A stretch of DNA of 32,000 nt from Candidatus Hadarchaeales archaeon (GTDB lineage Archaea > Hadarchaeota > Hadarchaeia > Hadarchaeales > Hadarchaeaceae), in NCBI GenBank assembly GCA_038823825.1, contig JAWBCC010000001.1:150001-182000 (forward strand). The letters are read 5' to 3'. A program made the position numbers and the translations under genes. The notes under the pieces are model-generated. The model made no database searches and had not been told where the DNA came from. It saw only the letters and a list, made by a program, of their open reading frames with translations. Below, piece after piece: positions 1 through 9,042 of the stretch; the stretch's first letter is position 1; every line of letters begins with the position of its first letter.

Positions 1-2394
1 AGAACAAATGAGAACGACCTGAGCGAAGTTTGGCTTAGAATCTGGTGGGAGAACATTTATGAAAACAATGTTGTTGAAAATGCCGCCGTGAGATATCGGA
101 TGTCAAAAGAAAGCTCGGATGGGACGTACGAATACTGGGTTACCACAATTCCCGCTCCGGGAAGGCCGGCAAGAATGTGGTATAGGTTCTATCTCGTTGA
201 CAACGGCGGAACGGGCACATACAGCTGGGACATCTGGCAAAATCCGGTGAATATAGGAACGCAGGTGGACATCGATAGTTACGCCGATGACACTTTTCCG
301 AGGAACGGAGGAACAGGAAAAATGTATGATTTTCCGCAAACTAGAACGGAGAGCACAGTTCAGCCTGTGGACAACTATGACTTCATGATCATCTTTTACG
401 AAAACATACCGCCAGCCGCTGTTTCTCTTATTTCGCCAGAGAACGACGCTTTGCTGACATCGGTTCCGACCTTACGCTGGACGGCGTCAGTAGATCCGCA
501 ACCATCCTCCGGTCTCGGATATCGCCTTCAGATTTCTAAAGTTTCCGACTTTTCCACAACTGTTGTTGATATATATGTGAAAGAAAACTCTTATCAGCCG
601 AGCATCGGAGAAGGAGTATACTTCTGGAGGGTTAGAGCAGAAGACTATGATGGAAACGCGAGCAACTGGTCGGAGGTCAGACGCTTTCGGCTAGATCTCG
701 GACCACCACCGGCTCCAACGCCGATTTCTCCGCCCGATAACTTCTGCACAAAAGAAAATCGAATAACCTTAAGCTGGACGAGAGTTCCGGATGCATCAGA
801 GCCGGTTCTGTATCGTGTCGCTCTGAGTGATGATGCAGGTTTTCCATACGAAAACTTCACATCCGGCTGGGTCATGGAGAATAGCTGGCAGGTTGAGCTT
901 CCCGAGGGAATATGGTACTGGAGAGTTTGCGCGAAGGACAACCTCGACCAGATCGGTGAGAATTCCGTGACCAAAAGATTTATCGTCGACATTACTCCAC
1001 CACAACCACCAGAGATCTTGTATCCTGAAAATGGTGAAAGCGTGAATGTGAGGAGACCAACACTCAGATGGTCGACTGTGACCGACGTAAGCATGCCTGT
1101 GACGTACGATCTTCAACTGAGTGGCTCCCCAACTTTCTCTACCCTTATCGTAGACAATTCTGGTCTCACGGAGAACTCGTATACTCTCACAATCGACCTA
1201 GAGGAAAGGGTTTACTACTGGAGAGTGAGAGCGAAGGACAATGCCGGAAATCTGAGTGATTGGGTTGTGTCCTCTTTCATTGTTGATCTCACGGCGCTAC
1301 CAGCCCCCACGGGCCTCTCCCCCACGGGTTTCATCAACACGAAAAGACCGCAGTTCCGTTGGTCTCCTGTACAAAGCATTTTTGATGTGGTGTACATCTT
1401 TGAACTCGATGATAGCCAAGACTTCTCAAGTCCTCTCGTGGTCGAAAACGCTCTAACAGATACTTCTTACCAGCTTCAGTTTGATCTATCAGATGGAAAA
1501 TATTATTGGAGGGTAAGAGCGAAGACAGAATTAAAAACGGGACCAGCGGCCAGCGCATCCTTTACGGTAGATACTATACCCCCATCAGCTCCAGAGATTT
1601 TGACATCCTTGCCGGCCAGCACTAGGGTTAGGAGATGGATGATAGTTGGAACAGCGGAGGCGAATGCAACCGTTCAGTGTTTTGTTAACGATTCCCTAGT
1701 TGCGGAAAATGTGGCAGAGAATGGAAGCTTCACGCTGTGGGTTACCTTCCAACTCGGACAGAATAGCGTAAAGTTCAGAGCCGTTGACAGAGCAGGAAAC
1801 GCGAGCGTCTTTACGTCTTCGATCGGAATTAAGGTTACCGGAGGACTCGGAATTCGTCTGACTGCAGACCGACTCCAAGCAGGAGTTGAGCGTGCCTTCG
1901 CACTAGTCGGATATCAAACAAGCATTCAAGAAATAAGAGTGAAGACAAATAAGGATGTCGCTGCTCCGGCGATTTACGTCGAAGAGCTTATGCCCTGGGA
2001 AAACTGGGTTGAAGTTCCTTTGCCCAAGCGTGCAAAGGTTTACCGAGTCTTCGTCGTGGAGTCTACCGTACCTGCCGGAGATATCGCAGAAGTGAAGTTT
2101 TCTTTCAGGGTCGAGCTCAGCTGGCTCGAGAAGAATGGACTCTCGACACGTGACATAAGGTTATTGCGTTATGACGGAGACTGGAAGGAAATATCCACCA
2201 GTTATGCCGGGAAGGACGCCACTTACGCATATTACTCGGCTAAAGCAACCGGGCTGTCTTGGTTTGCCATCACTTCACCGCCATCAACACCTCTAATAGA
2301 ATACGTCACAATTGCTGTTCTCTTCTGCGTAGGTGCAGTAGTCGGTTTCTTCCTCAGCTCAAAAATTTTCAAAAGGTCGGGAAAACGTCAATAG
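1..2394 (+). CDS. Cell-surface protein fragment (5' end outside window): about four Fn3-like 'YYWRVRAKD.AGN.S.W' repeats, one Ig-like domain, a PGF-pre-PGF-like domain, a C-terminal TM helix and a basic tail
   Basis: ORF track gives 88..2394, but frame 1 has no stop back to base 1 (RTNENDLSEVWLRIWWENIYENNVVENAAVRYRM...), so the GTG at 88 is probably internal. The C-terminus reads IEYVTIAVLFCVGAVVGFFLSSKIFKRSGKRQ. The region LTADRLQAGVERAFALVGYQTSIQEIRVKT...FSFRVELSWLEKNGLSTRDIRLLRYDGDWKEISTSY...ATGLSWFAIT resembles the PGF-pre-PGF domain of archaeal surface proteins. Confidence 0.8.
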   Translation, partial: RTNENDLSEVWLRIWWENIYENNVVENAAVRYRMSKESSDGTYEYWVTTIPAPGRPARMWYRFYLVDNGGTGTYSWDIWQNPVNIGTQVDIDSYADDTFPRNGGTGKMYDFPQTRTESTVQPVDNYDFMIIFYENIPPAAVSLISPENDALLTSVPTLRWTASVDPQPSSGLGYRLQISKVSDFSTTVVDIYVKENSYQPSIGEGVYFWRVRAEDYDGNASNWSEVRRFRLDLGPPPAPTPISPPDNFCTKENRITLSWTRVPDASEPVLYRVALSDDAGFPYENFTSGWVMENSWQVELPEGIWYWRVCAKDNLDQIGENSVTKRFIVDITPPQPPEILYPENGESVNVRRPTLRWSTVTDVSMPVTYDLQLSGSPTFSTLIVDNSGLTENSYTLTIDLEERVYYWRVRAKDNAGNLSDWVVSSFIVDLTALPAPTGLSPTGFINTKRPQFRWSPVQSIFDVVYIFELDDSQDFSSPLVVENALTDTSYQLQFDLSDGKYYWRVRAKTELKTGPAASASFTVDTIPPSAPEILTSLPASTRVRRWMIVGTAEANATVQCFVNDSLVAENVAENGSFTLWVTFQLGQNSVKFRAVDRAGNASVFTSSIGIKVTGGLGIRLTADRLQAGVERAFALVGYQTSIQEIRVKTNKDVAAPAIYVEELMPWENWVEVPLPKRAKVYRVFVVESTVPAGDIAEVKFSFRVELSWLEKNGLSTRDIRLLRYDGDWKEISTSYAGKDATYAYYSAKATGLSWFAITSPPSTPLIEYVTIAVLFCVGAVVGFFLSSKIFKRSGKRQ

Positions 2395-5300
2395 TTTGAC
2401 CTCCGTAGCCTACGTAATTGGCTCCAATGCTCCATCGCTCGTCGTTTATGAGGGGTTTGAACTCGAATCTCTGACCATCTGGGATTTGGTTCGTCTCCCA
2501 GACCCAGATGTTTCCCTCAGTCCAGGTTGCTGGTAGCCCGACGCTCCAGGAAAGAGGAGGCGTGTCTCCTCTTATGTAGATTGAATTTCCCCACCCAACG
2601 TCGTAGTGAACTCTGATCGTTGTCGTTGAATAAGTCGGCTGCGGAGGTGGAGCACCTCTCGAATAATTCTCGCGTACCACGTTGGAGTAAATCTTTCCTT
2701 CCTTTGCGCTCAAGCTTACAGTTATTTTTCCATCGCTTCCAACTGTCACTTTGTCGTCCGTGTTCAGCAAGTTAACAAGCTCTGTGCCCGGTGGCAGCGG
2801 AACGGAAATGGAGAGAGTTCTGTTACTCCAAGAGTTATTCAAGATGACTATCGCTTGTTCGTTTTGATAAACTCTGCGGTAGGCGTAAACGGAAGTTTCT
2901 TTATAAAGTTCATACTGTGGGCCGCGCGAGATTGCTGGATATCTCTGTCTTATTTCGTTCAACCGTTTTATGTGGAGATATATCGGCGTCATGTTGAAGG
3001 ATGGCATCATCCCCCTGTTGTTTGGATCCGCTCCACCGGAAAGTCCTTGCTCTGTGCCGTAGAAGAGAGAAGGAACGCCACGGCACGTTAGGAGGAACGT
3101 CAGCGCAAGCTTCAGTCTCTGGTTGTCTCCACCTGCTACATACAAGAATCTCTCAATGTCGTGGCTCTCGAAAGATGTAACCAAACGAGATGGATTGGGA
3201 TAGTTGATATCCTGCGCGAGAATCGAAGAAATTCTGTCAAAAGATTGCTCACTGGCGAAGACATCTCTAGCGGCAAACATGAGTGGGAAATCCTGAAAGC
3301 CCCAGAGTGGACCGTCTTTCCAGTGTTGCGCTAGAACTGATGGATCTCCATACCAAGATTCCCCGAAGCACGGAATCCCCACGTTTTCTTGGAATTCTCT
3401 TCTAAAGTTATCCGGTACATGTTTACTCGCATCAAATCTAAACGCGGCAAAGCCGACCTCATTCTTCCAGTAGTTATAAACCTTGAAAAGCTCCAATTTC
3501 ACTTCCGGAATTTCCTGAGCGAGGTCGTCCAGTCCTCCCCACACATTTGGCTGTCTTATGTTGCCTCTGAGGTCATGGTAGATCCTCTGGAATGGGTCAT
3601 CCCAATCTTCAATGTGTCCATAGTTGTGATACCACTGCAAATTGTCGAAGGGTGGAGCAGGCTTGAGTTCCGGTGACCGAGTTTCGTCTCTATTTCTCCA
3701 ACGTCGCGTACCGGGAGCATCATACAGAAAGTCTCCCGTATGATTGGGTATAGCTTCGGTCACAACCGCAATCCCCATATCGCTCGCTTTTCTCACCAGC
3801 TCTTTCAACTTTTCCAAATCTCCGAAGTGAGGCTCGGGTTTATAGAAGTCGTACGGCCAGTAGCCGTGATATCCAGCCGAGTTTCCAGGAACGTCTAGCC
3901 ACTGGTTCCAATGTACGGAAGATATCCAGATCGCAGTTACTCCGAGGTGCTTGATGTACGCCAGCTTGTCTATGATCCCCTGCCAGTCGCCACCCTGATA
4001 GAAGAAGAGGTTGCCGGGACGGTATTCTCCATAACCAAAGTTGTCATTAGATGGATCTCCATTCGCAAACCTATCAGTCATGATCTGATATATCACATCG
4101 CTCTCGTCGAAAATGTTGTCAGATCGGCGCTCGAAGAGGCTTATTCCTCTACATTTGTTTGGTTTTCTTATCCTAAGGAGATCTGCGACCGTCGGTGCAA
4201 TGTCAACGATTTCTGCTCCGAGGACTTTTCTTTTCTCTATGCCCGACCCGGAAACGATGATGGGAATAGCCATGTCTCCAAGTTCTATGCTCCCATGATT
4301 GGTCCCTGTCATCCCATGATCGCTGACAATTATGAGGATTGTGTTTTCATAGAGTCCCAAATTTTTCAGATTCTCCACAAGTATTCCAATCGCCGCATCC
4401 GCTCGCTCTATAGCTTGCCTATACTGTTGGCTTTCATGACCATAACTGTGCCCGGTTGAATCGACCATCGGAAGAAGAACAAACATTAAGGTTGGTTTAT
4501 GCTGGATGAATATCTTGATCGCGTTTTCCATTACTCTGATGTCAGCATATGGATCCCCTATCGCACGGTAGTCCACATCGTTCTTGACCCAAGTTACGCC
4601 TCTTTCCAGTCCAGCTATCCTGCCGCCCTTCCCGTCGAGGAGAGCAGTTCGATAGCCGTAACTTTCAGCAACCTCAAAAATCGTTTCTGCCTCTAAAGTG
4701 TCTCCAGAGGTTTCGTAACAATGATCCTCAGGATATGCTCCTGTGAAGAGTGATGCGTGAGCTACCGGGGTGGTGGACGGGTAAACCGTCACACCGAGCC
4801 AGTTATAGAGAGCGTTTTCGGCGAGCATGTCTATGTAAGGCGTGTTAGCTTCCAGAAGAATATCGGGACGACATCCATCTATGGTGATGATTATGACGTG
4901 TTTTCCAAATTGTAATTGCACATTTTCTGCGAGGACGGTAAAGGTCCAGATCGCCGACCATTCTCGAGCAACATTTTCCACTACCCTCGCAACTCTCCAG
5001 AAGTAAACGCCCGGAGAAAGCTGTAAAATCAGGCTGTTTTCAGCAAGCAGAAGATTCTCGATTGGAACGGAGAAATCGTCAAGTCCGCTGAGCTGGAAGA
5101 GGTAGGAAGCATCATTCTCTCCAACCCACGTGAAGAAAATAGTGTTTTCTGTCAGTATGGAACCGTTTTCAGGCAGAAGCAGGAAGAGAGTTGGAGGAAT
5201 ATTTTCCACAGCCACCCTAAAGTTCCATATGCTTGACCATTTGCCAATTCTACCCGCGTTCTCAATTCTGACCCTCCAGTAGTAGGTGCCGGGGGAAGGC

Positions 5301-5857
5301 AGGCTAATCTGCATTGAGAAAGTGTTTACGAGATTATCCACTATCGGATTCTGGAAGAGAATGGATGTGGCAACTTGAACCCTGAAGGAAACATTTTGCG
5401 GTCCACTCCATCCAAGAGTCACTGTCAGCGAACGAATTTCGGCGGAATTCTCAGGACTTTGCAGAGTTGGTATAACCGGTTCGTAGACAACTATTCTTCT
5501 AACGTCTGACCAGGAGCTGAAATCTTTTCCTTTTTCTGTTCTGACTCTCCAGTAGTAGGTACCCGGTCCAGGTAAGTGTAAGGAGACATTTCCGGTTTCT
5601 AAATCCTCGAATTCCATCAGAATCGCGGAAAAGTTCTGATCTTGGCTGATTTGTACCCTGTATTTCACTCCCTCCATAATCGCCCAACTGAGAGTAATCT
5701 GTTCGTTCTCTGTTTCGAGAAGATCGGGCGTGAGAACATAAGGCGGGGAGAGCGTGACTTTCCCTTTAGACATCAAATAAAAAGAACCGCTGATTGAAGC
5801 AGCGACACAAACCAGCGAAACGGCTATCGCAAGCCATTTCTCCAACGATCTCCCCAC
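2369..5857 (-). CDS. Secreted or membrane-anchored multidomain protein: N-terminal signal/TM, about three Fn3-like repeats, type I phosphodiesterase/alkaline-phosphatase-superfamily domain, GH13 alpha-amylase domain, C-terminal starch-binding-like domain
   Basis: Single 1162-aa ORF. The PDE part contains VIIITIDGCRPD, YPSTTPVAHASLFTG, DSTGHSYGHES and IVSDHGM. The GH13 part contains DVIYQIMTDRFANGDPSNDN, GFAAFRFDASKHV (nucleophile), CFGESW (acid/base) and SFESHDIERF. The C-terminus reads TIRVHYDVGWGNSIYIRGDTPPLSWS...FEFKPLINDERWSIGANY. Confidence 0.88.
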   Translation of the reverse strand: MGRSLEKWLAIAVSLVCVAASISGSFYLMSKGKVTLSPPYVLTPDLLETENEQITLSWAIMEGVKYRVQISQDQNFSAILMEFEDLETGNVSLHLPGPGTYYWRVRTEKGKDFSSWSDVRRIVVYEPVIPTLQSPENSAEIRSLTVTLGWSGPQNVSFRVQVATSILFQNPIVDNLVNTFSMQISLPSPGTYYWRVRIENAGRIGKWSSIWNFRVAVENIPPTLFLLLPENGSILTENTIFFTWVGENDASYLFQLSGLDDFSVPIENLLLAENSLILQLSPGVYFWRVARVVENVAREWSAIWTFTVLAENVQLQFGKHVIIITIDGCRPDILLEANTPYIDMLAENALYNWLGVTVYPSTTPVAHASLFTGAYPEDHCYETSGDTLEAETIFEVAESYGYRTALLDGKGGRIAGLERGVTWVKNDVDYRAIGDPYADIRVMENAIKIFIQHKPTLMFVLLPMVDSTGHSYGHESQQYRQAIERADAAIGILVENLKNLGLYENTILIIVSDHGMTGTNHGSIELGDMAIPIIVSGSGIEKRKVLGAEIVDIAPTVADLLRIRKPNKCRGISLFERRSDNIFDESDVIYQIMTDRFANGDPSNDNFGYGEYRPGNLFFYQGGDWQGIIDKLAYIKHLGVTAIWISSVHWNQWLDVPGNSAGYHGYWPYDFYKPEPHFGDLEKLKELVRKASDMGIAVVTEAIPNHTGDFLYDAPGTRRWRNRDETRSPELKPAPPFDNLQWYHNYGHIEDWDDPFQRIYHDLRGNIRQPNVWGGLDDLAQEIPEVKLELFKVYNYWKNEVGFAAFRFDASKHVPDNFRREFQENVGIPCFGESWYGDPSVLAQHWKDGPLWGFQDFPLMFAARDVFASEQSFDRISSILAQDINYPNPSRLVTSFESHDIERFLYVAGGDNQRLKLALTFLLTCRGVPSLFYGTEQGLSGGADPNNRGMMPSFNMTPIYLHIKRLNEIRQRYPAISRGPQYELYKETSVYAYRRVYQNEQAIVILNNSWSNRTLSISVPLPPGTELVNLLNTDDKVTVGSDGKITVSLSAKEGKIYSNVVRENYSRGAPPPQPTYSTTTIRVHYDVGWGNSIYIRGDTPPLSWSVGLPATWTEGNIWVWETNQIPDGQRFEFKPLINDERWSIGANYVGYGGQTIDVFPTF

Positions 5858-5916
5858 AATTTTGTGTTCAGATGTTCTATTAATCGTTTCGCAAAATTTT
5901 TCGCAGTTTACTCCAT

Positions 5917-5925
5917 TTTTAAATA
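5917..5925 (+). promoter_or_regulatory. Candidate TATA-like element upstream of the glycogen operon in the divergent intergenic region
   Basis: TTTTAAATAGG about 30-35 nt before the glgA ATG (5954). The 5858-5953 gap separates two divergent alpha-glucan transcription units. Confidence 0.35.
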
Positions 5926-5953
5926 GGTTTAGCGGTTAGTTTTGTGGAGGATC

Positions 5954-7117
5954 ATGAGAATAGGGGTATTGAGCTGGGAATCCCTTTACACGCTGCAGGT
6001 TGGAGGACTGGGAGTAGTCGCGACAAGGCTCTGCGAAGAGCTGGCAAAAGCCGGCCACGAGGTTTACATGTTCACGCGTGGAGCTCCCGGACAACCGAGC
6101 TACATGTACATAAACGGCGTGAACTATTACATCTGCGAATTTGATCCCGGTATGAACTGTGTGCAGTTTGCATATAACATGTCCATGTCGATGGTGAAAA
6201 CTCTCCGGGAGGTCGAGAAATATGAGGGCAAGTTTGACATAATTCACGGACATGACTGGATGGTTGTCGATGCGCTAGATAAACTCAAGAAAGAGGGATA
6301 TCCCGCCGTGCTTACTTTCCATTCCACAGAATACGGAAGAAATGGTTCAAAGTTTGGTGATTGGTGGGAATTCCGTGAAATCTCGAAGAAAGAGTGGTGG
6401 GGTGGACAGATCTCGGATGTGGTGACTACCGTCTCGAACGCGATGAAAGGCGAGTTGAACTGGTTATATAAAATTCCTATGAACAAAATCGAAGTAATAC
6501 CTAATGCCGTCGATCCGGCAAAGTATCAGCTAAACGTAGATCCGGCTGAAGTCAAAAAGAGATACGGAATAGATCCCTCCTCTCCCGTGATTCACTTTGT
6601 GGGCAGAATGGAATATCAGAAAGGACCGGATCTTCTCGTCGAGGCAATACCGAAAGTCTTAGAGGCCCATCCCCAAGCTAGATTCATATTTTCCGGGAGC
6701 GGTGGCATGAAGGGCTACCTCGAGCAGAGGGCCAGAGAACTGGGAATTTCGCATGCCACCAGATTTCTCGGTTTTGTTCCTTATCGCGAGTTTCTAGAAA
6801 TATTGAACGCCTGCGATATCGTTTGCTTGCCGAGCAGAAACGAGCCATTTGGGATAGCTCTCCTCGAAGCTTGGGCGGCCGGTAAGCCTGTTGTTGCAAC
6901 GGATGTTGGGGGTTTGGGAGAGAATATAGAAAACTTTGTAGATGGTGTAAAAGTATTTCCATGGCCTGAGTCTATTGCTTGGGGGATAAACTATCTGCTC
7001 GAGTCTGCAGACGGAAGGGAATTTGTGGCTCGTGGTGGAAGAGAAAAAGTTAAAAAGTTTTCATGGGCTAACTCTCTCGCTAAATTGCTCAAGGTCTATG
7101 AAAGAGTGCTCGGTTGA
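5954..7117 (+). CDS. glgA: Glycogen/starch synthase-type glycosyltransferase (GT4/GT5 like)
   Basis: [101 protein letters not shown]. The ORF track starts at a TTG (5942), but the ATG at 5954 is preceded by GGAGG (5946-5950). Confidence 0.85.
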   Translation: MRIGVLSWESLYTLQVGGLGVVATRLCEELAKAGHEVYMFTRGAPGQPSYMYINGVNYYICEFDPGMNCVQFAYNMSMSMVKTLREVEKYEGKFDIIHGHDWMVVDALDKLKKEGYPAVLTFHSTEYGRNGSKFGDWWEFREISKKEWWGGQISDVVTTVSNAMKGELNWLYKIPMNKIEVIPNAVDPAKYQLNVDPAEVKKRYGIDPSSPVIHFVGRMEYQKGPDLLVEAIPKVLEAHPQARFIFSGSGGMKGYLEQRARELGISHATRFLGFVPYREFLEILNACDIVCLPSRNEPFGIALLEAWAAGKPVVATDVGGLGENIENFVDGVKVFPWPESIAWGINYLLESADGREFVARGGREKVKKFSWANSLAKLLKVYERVLG

Positions 7118-7121
7118 GAAA

Positions 7122-9035
7122 ATGGCAACCGTGAGGCACGACGTCAGCCGCTTCACGGATTACGACATCTATCTCTTCAAGCAAGGAAATCATTTCAAGA
7201 TATACGACAAACTTGGATGTCATCTGATGGAAGCAGACGGAGAAAAAGGTGCATACTTTGCTGTTTGGGCACCAAATGCTGAAAGGGTTTCCGTAATTGG
7301 AGATTTTAACGGTTGGAAGCCGGGCATCCATCCGCTAGCTCCGCGCTGGGATGCATCAGGGATCTGGGAAGGGTTCATTCCAGGTGTTAAGAAAGGCGAT
7401 CTCTACAAATATCACATTGAGTCAAAGTTCGGTTATAAAGCAGACAAGGCGGATCCGGTAGGTTTTTACCATGAGGTTCCGCCGAAAACCGCCTCGATAG
7501 TTTGGGATCTTGACTACAAGTGGGGTGATGATGACTGGATGAGGGAGAGAAGTAAGAAGAACTCGTTGGATGCCCCGATTGCGATTTACGAGGTTCATTT
7601 GGGTTCTTGGAGACGAGTTCCGGAGGATGGCAACAGATTTCTGACCTACAGAGAGTCTGCCAAACTTCTTGCCGATTATGTCGAGGACATGGGCTTCACT
7701 CACGTTGAACTTCTTCCAGTAATGGAGCACCCACTCTATGGCTCTTGGGGATATGAAATCACTGGTTATTTTGCTCCGACATCGAGGTACGGAACACCAC
7801 AAGATTTCATGTTTTTTGTGGATTATCTCCACCAGCGCGGTATAGGAGTATTTTTGGATTGGGTTCCCTCTCACTTTCCGATGGACGGCCATGGTCTCTA
7901 TTTCTTCGACGGAACACATCTCTATGAGCACGCAGATCCGAGAAAAGGGATTCATCCAGACTGGAAGACGGCAATCTTCAACTATGGTAGATATGAAGTG
8001 AGAAACTTTCTCATAAGCAGCGCTCTTTTCTGGCTTGACAAATATCACGCTGATGGTCTGAGAATAGACGCCGTGGCGTCCATGCTTTATTTGGATTACT
8101 CCCGCAGAAACGGTGAGTGGATTCCAAATGAGTACGGGGGTAAAGAAAACCTAGAAGCGATATATCTCATCAGAAGATTGAATGAAATTGTTTACTCGAG
8201 CTTTCCAGATGTCCAGATGATTGCGGAGGAGTCAACCGCTTGGCCGATGGTCACCAGACCAACTTATGTTGGCGGTTTAGGCTTCGGAATGAAGTGGAAA
8301 ATGGGTTGGATGCATGACACTCTCTTCTATTTCTCAAAGGATCCAATCTATCGAAAATATCATCACGACCAGCTTACTTTCAGCATGTGGTATGCTTATA
8401 CGGAGAATTTCATCCTTCCGCTTTCTCACGACGAAGTGGTTCACGGGAAGAGATCTCTTCTAGAGAAGATGCCGGGAGATGATTGGCAAAAGTTTGCCAA
8501 TCTGAGGCTTCTCTATGCCTACATGTATTCCCATCCAGGAAAGAAGCTTCTTTTCATGGGAGGGGAGTTTGGTCAGAGACGGGAATGGAACCATGAAGAG
8601 AGTTTGGACTGGCATCTCCTTCAATATGAGAGTCATGCGGGAGTCCAGCGATGGGTCAGAGATCTCAACAAATTTTACAGATCTGAGCCAGCGATGCACG
8701 AGTTGGATTTTGACCTCCAAGGATTTGAATGGATAGATTTCAGTGACTGGGAGAAAAGCATAATATCATACATCAGAAAGGGAAAATCTACAGAAGACAT
8801 AATACTGGTGGTTCTCAATTTCACTCCCGTTCCTAGGTATGATTACCGGGTGGGTGTTCCGAGAGGAGGTTTCTGGGAAGAAAAGCTGAACAGCGACGCG
8901 AAAGAGTATTGGGGTTCTGGAGTTGGCAACCTTGGAAGGGTTCAGGCCGAAGAGACCCCATTTCACGGAAGACAATATTCTGTGCGTCTGACCCTTCCTC
9001 CGCTTGCTGCGATTTTCCTAAAATCTTCAGGGTGA
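7122..9035 (+). CDS. glgB: 1,4-alpha-glucan branching enzyme, GH13 type
   Basis: [127 protein letters not shown]-like [27 protein letters not shown]. The ATG at 7122 (MATVRHDV) lies just after the glgA stop; the ORF-track start at 7023 would overlap glgA. Confidence 0.93.
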   Translation: MATVRHDVSRFTDYDIYLFKQGNHFKIYDKLGCHLMEADGEKGAYFAVWAPNAERVSVIGDFNGWKPGIHPLAPRWDASGIWEGFIPGVKKGDLYKYHIESKFGYKADKADPVGFYHEVPPKTASIVWDLDYKWGDDDWMRERSKKNSLDAPIAIYEVHLGSWRRVPEDGNRFLTYRESAKLLADYVEDMGFTHVELLPVMEHPLYGSWGYEITGYFAPTSRYGTPQDFMFFVDYLHQRGIGVFLDWVPSHFPMDGHGLYFFDGTHLYEHADPRKGIHPDWKTAIFNYGRYEVRNFLISSALFWLDKYHADGLRIDAVASMLYLDYSRRNGEWIPNEYGGKENLEAIYLIRRLNEIVYSSFPDVQMIAEESTAWPMVTRPTYVGGLGFGMKWKMGWMHDTLFYFSKDPIYRKYHHDQLTFSMWYAYTENFILPLSHDEVVHGKRSLLEKMPGDDWQKFANLRLLYAYMYSHPGKKLLFMGGEFGQRREWNHEESLDWHLLQYESHAGVQRWVRDLNKFYRSEPAMHELDFDLQGFEWIDFSDWEKSIISYIRKGKSTEDIILVVLNFTPVPRYDYRVGVPRGGFWEEKLNSDAKEYWGSGVGNLGRVQAEETPFHGRQYSVRLTLPPLAAIFLKSSG

Positions 9036-9042
9036 TGTTTTC

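Noticed and set aside
3911-4459. 182-aa plus-strand ORF inside the phosphodiesterase/amylase gene
   Set aside because: Shadow ORF opposite well-conserved catalytic motifs; no SD or family signal.
88-5857. Possible frameshift or insertion signal from the high frequency of Glu-Asn ('EN') dipeptides in the two Fn3-like proteins
   Set aside because: Domains remain in register and catalytic motifs are intact; EN occurs at ordinary turn positions of the repeats, so composition bias is the simpler explanation.
5942-7121. ORF-track starts for glgA (TTG 5942) and glgB (7023)
   Set aside because: glgA has a better ATG at 5954 after GGAGG, and glgB's first 33 residues would lie inside glgA while the family-like N-terminus begins at ATG 7122.
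7422-8048. 208-aa minus-strand ORF inside glgB
   Set aside because: Complete antisense shadow of a strongly conserved GH13 enzyme; no recognisable domain.
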